Origin: Ylistrum balloti
Taxonomy: Eukaryota
Direction of reading: 5' to 3'
NCBI RefSeq assembly: GCF_031769215.1
Contig: NW_026781981.1
Coordinates: 62,001-126,000 of the forward strand
Length of the DNA stretch: 64,000 nt
Shown here: piece after piece, positions 39,401 through 51,649 of the stretch
How the letters are laid out: the number at the start of each line of letters is the position of its first letter
Numbering within the stretch: the stretch's first letter is position 1
Program-made: the position numbers and the translations under genes
The notes under the pieces: model-generated
Told to the model about the DNA's origin: nothing
The model's database searches: none
Seen by the model: the letters and a program-made list of their open reading frames with translations, nothing else

Positions 39401-41850
39401 TCGTTCGAACATCAATTCTTTTTACTTCTTGGAAATGCCACTATCCGCCTCGCCCATGGTGGACCGAGAACTCGTAAGGCGAATTCCTCGATGATTTTTC
39501 TCTCTCTTTTTTCATTCTTTGTCATATCGTTGCTAATACCTTCATGGAATTCTTTGTTCTCCTTTAATTTGCCAGTGTTCCTTGGCAGGTTCCTGGAGTG
39601 GTCCTATCATCATTGCCTCGGTCTCTTGCCATCCTGTTCCTTGTATTGGCCTACCATTGATACCCAGCGTACATCCTTATCTATGTATCGTTGTTCTTAT
39701 TGTCATAACTATACATTTATAACGGAGAAAACGCAATAATGTCTGATCATTCATGTATTATATCTTGACCTTCCAGTATACATCTCTGGTTCCATATTAT
39801 TTTTATCACCTGCGAAAAATAGCGTCATAGTTTCGAGACAATACGGAATATCCTTGATATCGATGAAAAACGATAAACAAAACCAAGGTCTTAGAACGCT
39901 CCGTTGTGGGGTTCCGTTTGTCACTCTGTGGCCATGATGGCGTAACGTGATGTACGTAGACGCGTGTATATGTTACTTAGGAAATATTGCATCCAATTTA
40001 TCATTCTCTTAAAGAATCCACATGATTTTAACTTTCCAGTCGAGCTGTTATGGGAATTGTGTCAAATGCTTTTATGAACTCGTGACAAATACATATAGTC
40101 TGGAGAGAATCGCCATTATCAAGACTTTCTTTCACGTGACCAATGACTCCACTTGATAAATCAAAATATCTGTTTACTTAATGGATTGATGGTATAAAGG
40201 TTCTCGTATTTTGTTTTCTTGTGCTTTTGTTTTGTCTTCTTTTGAAATAATGTCACAGTTTATGTTTTCCAAAAAAAAAAAAAAAAAAAAATGGTAGTTT
40301 GCAATCTATGATCAATTGATTGAAAATTATGGGGTTTTTTTGGGGGTGGGGATTAGCTTTTCTGCTCCACGTGATTATGACATATCTAGATTAATGAAAC
40401 TTTAATTCTTTCCTGTGATTTTTCAACAAATTTTTGTATTATTTCCCTGTTCTTCAGTTTTGGAATTTTATCTGACCGTTTTTGTGAAAGCACTACCAAG
40501 GAATTCTAAGAGAATATTCGTGATATTCCTGGATGGGTTTCTGAATTTGAATGGACATACCTCATTTTTTTCGAGATATCTTTAGCCCTTTCGAATTAAG
40601 TATACAACTTCATTTCTAGATACATTTAGTATATATAGGCACATTTTGTCATTTCTTGTGCTATGCTAAGTATTACTGCATTAGACCATGTTTTGTTTAT
40701 TTTGATGTATTTTTTCGTTCAGCTCTGTTAATGAAACTCCTCAGTACAAGATCATATACATGTCCTCCCACAACGGACTGGTGTTGTTCCGGGGAATTAC
40801 GTCCTCTTTCTTTAATCGAACAGGTATGTTTACCCGCCGATACACTGACACGAATCAAGTTTATATTATATTTTGTTACCAAACCTCATAGCCTTCCAAA
40901 TTCAGGCCATTAGTATCACTGACGAGTCGTAGGACGAAACAGTTGTATGATGCAAATCAAAATTGGTATTAAACTGTGTTATTTACTTGTTTACTTAATG
41001 CACGATCTTCGTACAATTTTCCATTGAACATGAACATCTACTACCATTCTTTCTTCCAGGGCATATCGGAGTAGCGTCCCTGAAGAAATTCTTTATGCAT
41101 GCGGCAATGGTGGCATTCGGGGATGGATACTTTGACCGTACTAAAATTGATACTGATTCTACCCGTGCTTTTCTAGTTAGTCAGGGAATGAGAATGTCAT
41201 TACAACTTTACTCCGATATAGCTCATCTATCTTCGTCAAACCTTCTCGTGGAGGTTCGAGCAGCTGCAGTAGGGCGCACGTCTATGACCAATCTCTATAT
41301 CCTGTCATGCGCAGACACTAAAATAGAACTTGCCCGGTGCGTGACTACTCTCGTTTGTACGAGTGTTGATTCCAGACGCCCAACTCCACTGCCAAAATGG
41401 TTCACGGAAAAGTATAAGTCTGTCACTGACACAAATTTGGATATTTTGAAAGATGGAGTAAAAACAAGTCGAGAATTTAGACACGTTCCTCAAGACTGTT
41501 TCCGAATAGAAATAAAAACAAGATATAGTGATACAGATTTTAACGACCATGTCAATCAGTCAGAATATATCCAGTTCTGTCTCGAGAGTGCAACAGGAGC
41601 AACACGCTCCGGGTACTATAGGCACTTTACGTCCGACATACTCTGGTATCCAGTTCTAGAATCAGATATTATACATCTCGGCGAATCTCGCGCCTGCGAG
41701 ATGTTGACTATTTACACATGGCAAGACAAAACGAACATTCAAATAATACATTTTTCTATTCATAACAAATCGTCGTCAAAATGTGTCGCTGTTGCCACAA
41801 TCAAGTTTGATACAGGATCACTGAGACCACAGGCAAATTCAAGTTTGTAA
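36451..41850 (+). CDS. Double HotDog-fold thioesterase-like protein (acyl-ACP thioesterase/4HBT-like). Exons 36451-36479, 40723-40823, 41060-41850 (306 aa)
   Basis: Terminal exon of 791 nt with TRYSDTDFNDHVNQSEYIQFC (D-x-D-x-N-x-H-V-N motif of acyl-ACP/4HBT thioesterases) and an N-terminal HotDog-like stretch VGRTSM...LVCTSVDSRRPTPLP. Upstream exons join in phase (cg|gtaagt, ttcag|c, g|gtatgt, ccag|g). The last exon is secure; exon 1 is less certain. Confidence 0.8.
36870..37350 (-). mobile_element. CR1/L2-like LINE ORF2 C-terminal relic (copy A)
   Basis: Minus-strand translations TTLCLLYKALLQPHPEYEESQVRNP and EDRLKLKPSTRMYRRIRDNMIQLY, compared with CR1 LLYKALVRPHLEY..VWNP and RL..L..YRR.RGDMI. 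Confidence 0.65.
37600..38420 (-). mobile_element. CR1/L2-like LINE reverse transcriptase relic (copy B)
   Basis: Minus strand FQKAFNTALHEKLIRRMLSYGL, YLPDGI, DMKRFSEWS..FHHGKCKSI, IRRIF..LVKLY, ERLNLPPL..MIETPKI; several frameshifts. Confidence 0.7.
38433..38585. repeat. 50-bp tandem repeat, 3 copies
   Basis: TTCGTGTTGTACCTTAGAATATCTATAAATATCGATAAAATATTGTACAA. Confidence 0.9.
38950..40200 (-). mobile_element. CR1/L2-like LINE reverse transcriptase relic (copy C)
   Basis: Minus strand ESLDNGDS..EFIKAFDTIP (40061-40130) and VTNGTPQRSVLRPW (about 39885-39925), which are degenerate DF.KAFD and VTSGVPQGSVLGP RT motifs. The 3' boundary is approximate. Confidence 0.7.
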
Positions 41851-43129
41851 CGTGTCATTGTTCAAAGATTAAAGTGCATGTACCAAAGCCTTATATGTCT
41901 GTTGTGATGTAGCGGTTGTGCTTTCGGAAAATTCCACTGGCTGGTATGTAACGGTCAGTTTGTATGTTGTTTAATGAGGTTACCATCATACTACACTTTA
42001 ATTACAAAGAGATCCTGACTCAAAATTACCCTTATTGTTGACCAAGTGATAGGCCAATCCGACAAATAAATTAATCTTTTGGAAGTGAAAATACGTAGGC
42101 TGACTTCTCAATGACATGTTTGTAGCTATATCTCTATCACGCTATATTTTCATCTCACCAATCACGAAACATCTTCCCCTACCCTTGTTGTGACACATGT
42201 CTAGCCAATGTCAAGTAATACTGTGTACCAAGATACAGTCACACAACACGACAAACTATGTCGCCTCGACAAATTTGGATCAGCTAGGTCTCTGAACAAT
42301 CAGTTTCAATACGTTTGTAGTCTGTAATATTATTCATGTGTTTCTGTCCATATATGCATACTAACTTCAAGCAGATAACTTCCTAGCTTGAGTCTGACCT
42401 CAAATGCCAATTTCTCGATGGGTGCTAAGCGGGGCGTTCAGCGAGATTGTATCACGTGACAGAACGTGTATTCATATATGCTATTAATCATTTAATCAAC
42501 AAGAGTTCCCAGATGGGTCTTGGTGCCCGCCATTGTTTGATCTTTATTTGTATTTTGAAAGTTAAATAGTTACCTTGTTATCTTTGTTTTCGCTCTTTAT
42601 TATCTGAAAATTGAAAAAAAAATTTGGCAAACTTTCATTGTCAAAATTCAAGACAGACATTTTGTTTTTACTGATCATACCTAAAATCAAAAAGACACAG
42701 AGAGGTATCAAAGGAAACCTACATATTAGAAAGTTTGGGAAAGAGTCATCAAGTGCTTATCAAGAAGTAATGATAACAAAGTATGACTGTCGAAATACAA
42801 GATGGCCGCCTGCCGGATTAGTCCCAAAATGGAACAATGCACACTAGGGACAAAACGGTTCATACTTATAAAAGTTGAAAACCGTCCATCCTGAATCCTA
42901 AAATAACGATAAGAAGTATTGTTTACGGAAGACTGGAGCCGGACCACGGTCGAAGGATGATCTGAATAACCTACCATCCAATGGTAGAAAGCGATTCACT
43001 TGAATTTACACCCTGCCTTGATTTCTGAAATTCCTCTAACTGTCTGGTGATGGCAATGTTTTTTCATATTACACATATTAATATATCTACAAAGGAGCAT
43101 ACTGTAAGAAGAACAAGCTATGAAGGCAT

Positions 43130-44600
43130 ATACTGCCCTCTCCCAAAGAAACACTGTTACATGTCCTCTCCCCCAAAAACAATGCTACATGCCCTCTCCC
43201 CCGAAACATTGTTACACGCCCTCTTAACCTAAAACACGCATTCTCCCACAGAAATATTGTCACATGCCCTTTCCCAAAGAAATTTTGTTACATGCTCTTC
43301 TCCCCAAAGAAACATTGTTACATGCCTTCTCCCAAAGAAACATTGGTACATGCCTTCTCCCAAAGAAACATTGTTACATGCCTTCTCCCAAAGAAACATT
43401 GGTACATGCTCTTCTCCCCAAGAAACAGTGTTACATTCCCTCTCCCAAAGAAGCATTGAAACATTGTTACATGCCCTCTTCCCAAGAAACATTGTTACAT
43501 GCCCTCTCCCAGGAAACATTGTTACATGCCCTCTCCCAAAGAAACATTGTTACATGCCTTCTCCCAAAGAAACATTGTTACATGCCTTCTCCCAAAGAAA
43601 CATTGGTACATGCCCTCTCCCAAAGAAATGTTGTGTCATGTCCTCTATCCAAGAAACATTGTTCCGTGCTCTTCTCCCCAAGAAACATTGAAACATTGTT
43701 ACATGCCCTCTCCCCAAGAAATATTGTTACATACCCTCTCTCAAAGAAACATTGGTACATTCCCTCTCCAAAAGAAGCATTGAAACACTGTTACATGCCC
43801 TCTTCACAAGAAACATTGTTGCATGCCCTCTCCCCAAGAAATATGGTTACATGCCCTCTCACAAAGAAATATGGTTACATGCCTTCTCCCAAAGAAACAT
43901 TGTTACATGCCCTCTCCCAAAGAAACATTGGTACATGCCCTCTCCCAAAGAAACAATGTTACATGCCCTCTTCACAAGAAACATTGTTGCATGCCCTCTC
44001 CCCAAGAAATATGTTTACATGCCCTCTCACAAAGAAATATGGTTACATGCCCTCTCACAAAGAAATATGGTTACATGCCTTCTCCCAAAGAAACATTGTT
44101 ACATGCCCTCTCCCCAAGAAATATGGTTACATGCCCTCTCACAAAGAAATATGGTTACATGCCCTCTCACAAAGAAATATGGTTACATGCCTTCTCCCAA
44201 AGAAACATTGTTGCATGCCCTCTCCCCAAGAAATATGGTTACATGCCCTCTCACAAAGAAATATGGTTACATGCCCTCTCACAAAGAAATATGGTTACAT
44301 ACCCTCTCCCCAAGAGACATTGTTGCATGCCTTCTCCCAAAAAAAATTGTTACATGCCCTCTCCCCAAGAAACATTGGTACATTCCCTCTCCCAAAGAAG
44401 CATTGAAACACTGTTACATGCCCTCTTCACAAGAAAAATTGTTACATGCCCTCTCCCCAAGAAATATGGTTACATGCCCTCTCTCAGGAAACATTGTTAC
44501 ATGCCCTCTCCTAGGAAACATTGTTACATGCCCTCTCCCAAAGAAACATTGGTACATGCCCTCTCCCAAAGAAACAATGTTACATGCCCTTTCGCCCTTG
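43130..44600. repeat. Minisatellite, 28-29-bp unit, about 50 copies
   Basis: ATGCCCTCTCCCAAAGAAACATTGTTAC / ATGCCCTCTCCCCAAGAAATATGGTTAC; it accounts for all ORFs at 43229-44641. Confidence 0.95.
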
Positions 44601-45814
44601 TGGAACAAATGGTTATTTACGGTAATCGTTTAGGCACATAAATACACTGACACAAAGCCACCTGTGAGAACTGGCACGTTCAATTTGTGTTGACCACTTG
44701 AATGGTCGTAGTTAAATGTCACTATGCACTCGGTCGGCTTTAACATGGTAATTAATATGACCAGTTTTATCTAGAGTACTAGAATTTTAATATCTACGTT
44801 TCTCCTGTACGATTCGTCAGGACAATCCAACAGACATTCCAGTACAAGGCTTGACATGGTAATATAAATCGACTGGATTAACCTACAAATGTATGAAATA
44901 TACCAGGTTTAACTTAACGTTTCTTCACTCGCGGGTCACTCTCAAGTTTGAAACCGTGTTTTGAAGGAATAAAGATGTGATATTATTTTCATTCCCTTTA
45001 TGTCGCAGTGCGATTATTTCATGTCCTTCAGTTATTAAGCATATCGGTAAATAAAATTTATTTGTTTCAGTGCAACATAATGAAAGATAAACCAGTCTAA
45101 AGCATAATGGTAACACTTACTATACTAAACTGAAACGTGATCTAGCCGGTAGTGGGTTCTAGACACTGGACAAAGTCGTCTTACATGTACGTGTTAGTAA
45201 TGATATCTAGATATTTTTTTAACTGATCCCAATCGACACGTGGGCTTTAAAGTTGTGGTGGGCTGTACAATTATCTGTATATACATGTATTCATGTTCCG
45301 ACCTGGATATCGGCACACAACAAGGCACATACCAGGTATGTAGGTAAGACTGGCATTACAGGTGGGTATTGAAATGTATTATTGACAGTGCAGAATGCAT
45401 TGACGACAAACATAAATGGTTTTCGGATATTTATTTACATGATCTACTATATGTTCATTGTCAACATTTATGTCAAGTAAACAGACAGTGGTGTTAGTAA
45501 CAAGAGACGAATTGTGTTTCTGGTAATCGCTAGATTTAAATTATCAATAATTCAAGCGCGAACAACACTGCTCCCTGTTTAGGTTTACTGTGCAGCGTAA
45601 TTATAGCATTGTTAATACAGGCTTGTCAACAACACGAGAAAACAAATATACTTATGTGTTTTAGTATACAACCACTTCTTGTTACAGATAATTTGTGAGG
45701 TAGCTACATATATATTACAAGTAAATCCTTGTTAAATACCAGTGGACTTAAACACACGATACATTTATACATCTACAGGATGGTATCCGAGAGATTATCT
45801 TCAACATTGAGTGA

Positions 45815-48294
45815 ATGGGCAATGTGGTAAATCCGAACACCCGGCACACCAGTGTCGGTAAGTTATGTCAGTGTAGTAACAGACTTTCATGTTTCCTGCG
45901 ATTTAAGATAAAAAAATGTTTTAATCTTTTTTAAAATTGTGAGATATGTTAATGTCTTCTTTGATTTTGGCATACATTCACAAATCTGTAAATCTCTATA
46001 TTATAATGTTTAAATCTATCCTATCTGTCTTGGTACCTGTAAGCACTGTGCTCAATGTTTCTTTTGTTGGTATTTCTAAACCGTTTAGCGGAATATATGT
46101 GATTTACTGATCTAAAACCAGGAACGGGATTCATAAATAAATCTTATTTAATTAAATGAAGTTTTATTTTAGGTAATAAACTTTAGATTTTTCATGAATC
46201 CCGGTCCTGTCCACGATCAGGGTTACTGACGTTAAATAACTAAATAAAATTCCTTCTCGTTATGTTTGCCATAGTTTGCGATATAAAAATAGACTTTCTT
46301 AACTACAACTTGTATGTAGCAGGCTGTATCTATATTGCCTACAAGTTCCGTGATTCATTGGAAGTCAAAAACATTTATGAATACTGGCTTAGTCTAACGA
46401 TTGACTTCAATAACATTTTATCACATGCATTGGCCCTTATTTTTCATTTTATTGATCAGTGTTCTATATACATATGTAGATAATGTTAGCGGTGAGGATC
46501 CCGCTCCTTGGATGTCCACGACGGTCCGCTCCAATAAAACATGGAACGACCACCTTATCGTGAAGGCGACAGGTTTCAGGAAGATTAACGACAACACAGT
46601 GGTTAATCAGTCAAAAGGCAAGTAAAATCAAGGGAGACAACTCCCATAGCTTCCCGTTTTAAGTGACTTTATTCCAGTTACACGCAAGAATTATTATGTT
46701 TCAGAAAGCCTTGCTGTAGAAATCGCTTTATGAGTGGTCAAATGTTAATACAAGTATATTGTTTTTACGTTTATGAATCAGATTATTAATGTAGGAAAAT
46801 CTATCATAGGTATGAACGCACCGTACTGTCTGGAAACACACTTTATATACAAGTATATATGAAAGACCTTATTTACCAAATTTAGATGACAGGAATATTG
46901 ACCTTTATCAGTATTTCAGAATGAATAAAAAGTATCTTACTATTTTCTTTTTAAAAGCGACTATATGATCAAACGAATTAAAACTCCCAGAAAATTATCT
47001 CTTACATTTAATTGAACGGGCTTTTGCTTTTAACCGTTTTTGGAATGGAACTAGACAACAAGAACAGATCAGTCTACGCATTCCAAACTTCCATGATAAA
47101 AACTTCAATCCTAGTTTTCTGATGACGAGGTGTGCACGTGTGTCGGCATACAGTCAGCAGGGTTCCTACTGTCATCTGTGATAGTTTTGTTCGTAAATCG
47201 TGGCATGTTCACGACAACAAAGTCAAAAATAAATAGATAAGAATAAATAAATTCTCAGAAAATCAGAACCCTCTCAGACTATTTTTAGACCAGGTAACAT
47301 TTAATTATTATGTATTACCGTCATTAAACACTTTGAAACAGAGAATCATGTAAAGATAACTATAATAATGATTTTTTTGTTTATTTCAGACCCGGAGAAA
47401 ACATATGGAATAAAGTGGAGTCGAGGCTTTTCTAAAGGCCGTCATATATTTGAAATAAGTTTTCCGACTTGGATGCGAGGAAACCATGCAAGTGTAGGGA
47501 TTGCAAACGAAATAGCACCGATCTACCATCATAAAAGTGTTGCCCTGGTAGGAGAAACGCAGGACTCTTGGGGCATTGATCTTGTGACGTCACGAACAGT
47601 TCACAAGGGAAAGGAAATATCAAAATATCCCAAGGGAAATAGATGTCAATTACCGGATAGGTTTTACATGTATATCGATATCCCTGAACGGAAACTGTTA
47701 TTCGGAGCTGATGGGGTATTTTACGGCAGTGCATTTTCCGGTATGGACATTGAGGGACAGACTGTATATCCTATGATATCAGCTACGTCACCAGGGGCAA
47801 CAGTCACCATGGTGTACAGAGGCAAAGGTAAGAGGTGTTAATGGACATACAAGTGAATAACACCTTTTCTTACAAAATTTATGAACTAAACAGCACCACA
47901 CAGCTATTTCGCCCTTATAGGGTTCATTAGAGAGGCTAAATCGTTGAAACAAGGATGCGATTGAGGAAAAACAAAATTGGCTGAAATGAATGTTAAATTG
48001 AAAGGGAAGCGTTTTTTGCCCCGAATTCAACAAAATTTATGAAATCTCATTATTTTCTTATGACGCATGCCACTATTCGAGTGAGTCAAAACAATGCATG
48101 CAGGTTATTACATGTAATAAATTTATTTTGGATCTAGTACCATTGATGCTTTAAATAACAGCATTTAAATGACAATTAATTCGATATTTGCATGGCTCAA
48201 CATTCATTACTTTGCCATAAACTGATGGTTTCACTAATCATCTTTTCCTTTTGCAGGCATTATTGTGACAGGTCCTATCCGCAAGACAAGATGA
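45815..48294 (+). CDS. SPRY-domain protein of SPSB/gustavus type, no SOCS box seen. Exons 45815-45857, 46480-46617, 47390-47827, 48257-48294 (218 aa)
   Basis: Exon 47390-47827 reads GFSKGRHIFEI..RGNHASVGIA..APIY..LVG..QDSWGIDL..YPMISA, which parallels SPSB1 GYTRGLHVWQI..RGTHAVVGVA..APLH..LVG..ESWGWDL..YPVVSA. All junctions are phase 1. The N-terminus MGNVV resembles the MG start of SPSB proteins. Intron 2 uses a predicted GC donor. Confidence 0.8.
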
Positions 48295-49550
48295 CATTAC
48301 AACTTCCGGTTCAACTGCGTTTCTCAGTGATAAAATATTTTCTGCGCGCTGAAACCAATTTCCTTTTGGGTGATTGAGCACATGATAACCGAACAGTAAA
48401 GCAGGGTTTGTGACGTCTGTGGTGTCATAGGATTGAAAAGATATACGCATTGAGGAAAACATGAGCCGGAATCACTTCAGCTTTTCCTGTTATTGAAAGA
48501 GTTCTGCCTGGTACCAACCGGGCTAGGCGAAGAACATTCTAAGTCATCTCCTTACAATCAAACGTGCTGTGTCCTCTCCATTATACTGAAATCCTACATT
48601 TTACAATTCATTCATTAAAATGCTATATTTACTTTATTAAATATTTCTTTTGAATTTTACCATGGACTGTAGATATCACTGGTGACCTTTACATGAAGGA
48701 CAGGATACGGGACATGGTGTAGGAGAGAAACCGCTGTCACTTGTATTTCTGGTATAATATGAACATTAGAATTTGTATTTAATAGAAATTACTCGTTTTC
48801 ACAAAACCATGTATAAAACAATAGCTGCTGTACAACTGACGATTTATTAATTTCAAGAGCAATTGTCCGGCATCGCCTGTCAGTAAAACCTTTCCGCTAA
48901 ATTACCATGGTGATGACTATGCGTTGTCCATTTAGTGGAAAGTATTTTATAATGAAATATAACTGCAACTATGGAGATTTTGCACAAGACGATATCTTCA
49001 ATTCTTCACAAAATCTACTTTCTTGAAAAATTAAATTATGTACATTGTATACAGTAAACGACTTCTACTTGGCGAGTTGCTTCAAAAACCCATACCTCAG
49101 AGGAGAGATTGAAACGCACGCACATTTGGCTTACTAACCATAGATAAACCTTGCATTAATTCAAGCTAGTGCCTTCATAGAGTCTAATACATCTATTACC
49201 ACCAAAGAAAACATAAAGTGGTAGAAAATATTGAACCAAGATTCTCAGTCGATATGCTGTAGGCCAAGATGCCTAGTCAGATCACCACCTCCATCATTCA
49301 TGATAGATTTAGCCTACATCAAATACTTTGTGAAACAAATTCAAGTGGATATTGCATTCGTTTTACTATTAATTACAGTTGTTAGGATTTCTCTCCCCCC
49401 CCCAACCCCCCAACTTATTATTGTTCATTTCAGTGCTTTGTATGTTATATAAGGGGAGATAATCGATTTTAAAAAATATTCATCGCAACGGAATTACAAA
49501 AAACAAAACAACATGCATACAATTGGCCAATTTTATTGCCGACTTTCATT

Positions 49551-49700
49551 TGATACAATCAGAGAGGTACCTGATAACTGACTATTTTTGTCAGACATCT
49601 GATACAATCAGAGAGGTACCTGATAACTGACTATTTTTGTCAGACATCTGAGACAATCAGAGAGCTACCTGACAACTGACTATTTTTGTCTCAGAGAGGT
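49551..49700. repeat. 49-bp tandem repeat, about 3 copies
   Basis: TGATACAATCAGAGAGGTACCTGATAACTGACTATTTTTGTCAGACATC. Confidence 0.9.
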
Positions 49701-51649
49701 ATATAAAACAGACCATCATTCTTTATGTCCTAGGTCATTTATCTTACTTCACATTAGCTTTATCACAATAAAAATAAGTAAATGTGAAAATGTTTATATA
49801 TATTTGCATTGTAAAATTTAAAAAAAAAAAGGAAAAAAATCCAAATTTATCAACCTCTACCGACAAAAACATCTATCTTCACAGTGATAATGAACCACAG
49901 TCTCTAACTTTATGTAAATAAAACTGTATATAATTTTGACCTGGTTTCCCTTTTAATAAAACCATGTGAACATTTGCCCTTTTTCTAAAACTAAAAATGT
50001 TGAACAAAGGACTTTATTTGTGTATAATGGTGGACAAATTTGTGCCGCCTTCAGTTTGGCTACTTCATTTTCTATGTAGTGAATATAGACCAAGTCGGAG
50101 AGATGTTATACTCCAGACATACAACCAAAAGGGCTATAATAACAATCGGCCATAAACATTTCAATAATGCAAAACTAAAAAGCCTTAAAAAGTCATAATA
50201 TTATGAACCATATATATGTACAACCTTTCCCATCATAAATCTACAACTATTTCCCTAACTGCTCTCGGTATTTAAAAAAAGTCAAAGAACAAGTAAGCTA
50301 TTCTTTGGTATTGAATACTAAACAAACAAATATACCACAGAGACAAAATTTTTATACAAACTAAACAGATATAGAAAACTTTTATCATTACTACAAAAAT
50401 TACAACTATTTCTCTGACTTGGGACAGGAAAAAACAACACAAGACCAGAAAAAATTCATGTCTATCACACACGGCAAAATCCATTTTGACTTGTTGTTGG
50501 TATAAAAAATAAACAAATTATATCAAAACATTGATAAGTGATTGAAACTATAAACAGTTGGACTTTCCAGACTGTGCAAGGAAGTACCCTATAGACAAAC
50601 CATGACTAGATCTGAACGTGGTCAGTGGTAATATGCATGGGTGTATATTGGTGAAACGGTAAGGTAGAAAAACTCAAAGAAAATTTTGAAATGAAAAATT
50701 ACCAAGGGTTATAATTTTGTTGAAATTTGATGGAAAATATTGAACTATTTGTAACCTGATTTATCAAGCACATCCATTGAAAAAGACACAACAGTGAGAA
50801 AAATTGGCAGATGGACGGATGCTACAAAGTTTATATACCATGATAAAACCCATTGATACTATAACAAATCAAAGTTCACAAAGTTATAGTTAAATATAAA
50901 TACAAAAAGTATCCTGTAAAGGGTATACATACAATAGTCTTTGAGCCCAATCCAATAACATACTGTTAAATTAAACTTGTGTTTTCAGGGTTTTTTGGTA
51001 ATATGTTTTAAGAATATTATAGATCGGAGTCAGAAAATAAACTTAATTTGAAAGTCAACATGACTTCACAACAGATTCATTATGGAACAAAGTGATGCCG
51101 GTAAGCTTCCTGACCACTCCATCTATCAATGTGAAGCTGATTCTGATTTCGTCATTTCGGAATGTCCATGTTACATTTGGCTACGTAAAACATTGTGAGA
51201 TTTCCCAGATGGTGAGAATATGCATATCTTTTATATGCAGTATGTAAATACCCAAGACTTTGATCTGTTGGAGAGCCAATCATTTTTGCAGGTCAAAATT
51301 TTTGCCATTTTCAGCTTGAACAAGTAAACTGAACTCTTATGAATTAAAATTTTGCAATTGTGATGGAAGAAGACATTAAATTTATAACAATAAATATACA
51401 TGAGACCTGATTTATAGGTCAAATACTGATAATATTCATAATAATGATAATAATTGGTGCTTACATATGTTAGTATACTCTGTACCATGGAACAAGTGAT
51501 CCGTATCATCATAACATTTCAATTACATTTTTTGAAATACCCTTGTATAATTGAAAAACAGCCAAGTCAAAAATAAGTACAAACACCCGCCATATGATTT
51601 GGTCAGTTAATATTTTTAAAGCTCATATCATGTTGACAGAAATTGAACC

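Noticed and set aside
43229-44641. Overlapping ORFs of up to 380 aa (ETLLHALSQRNIVTCPLPKKHCYMPSP)
   Set aside because: Three-frame read-through of a stop-poor 28-29-bp repeat, with no splice or domain support.
46425-46493. Apparent signal peptide MHWPLFFILLISVLYTYVDNVSG, suggesting a secreted SPRY protein
   Set aside because: The hydrophobic stretch is the T-rich 3' splice region ending TATGTAG at 46479. An in-phase upstream exon (45815-45857, MGNVV.., strong GTAAGT donor) explains the N-terminus better. It is not fully excluded as an alternative start.
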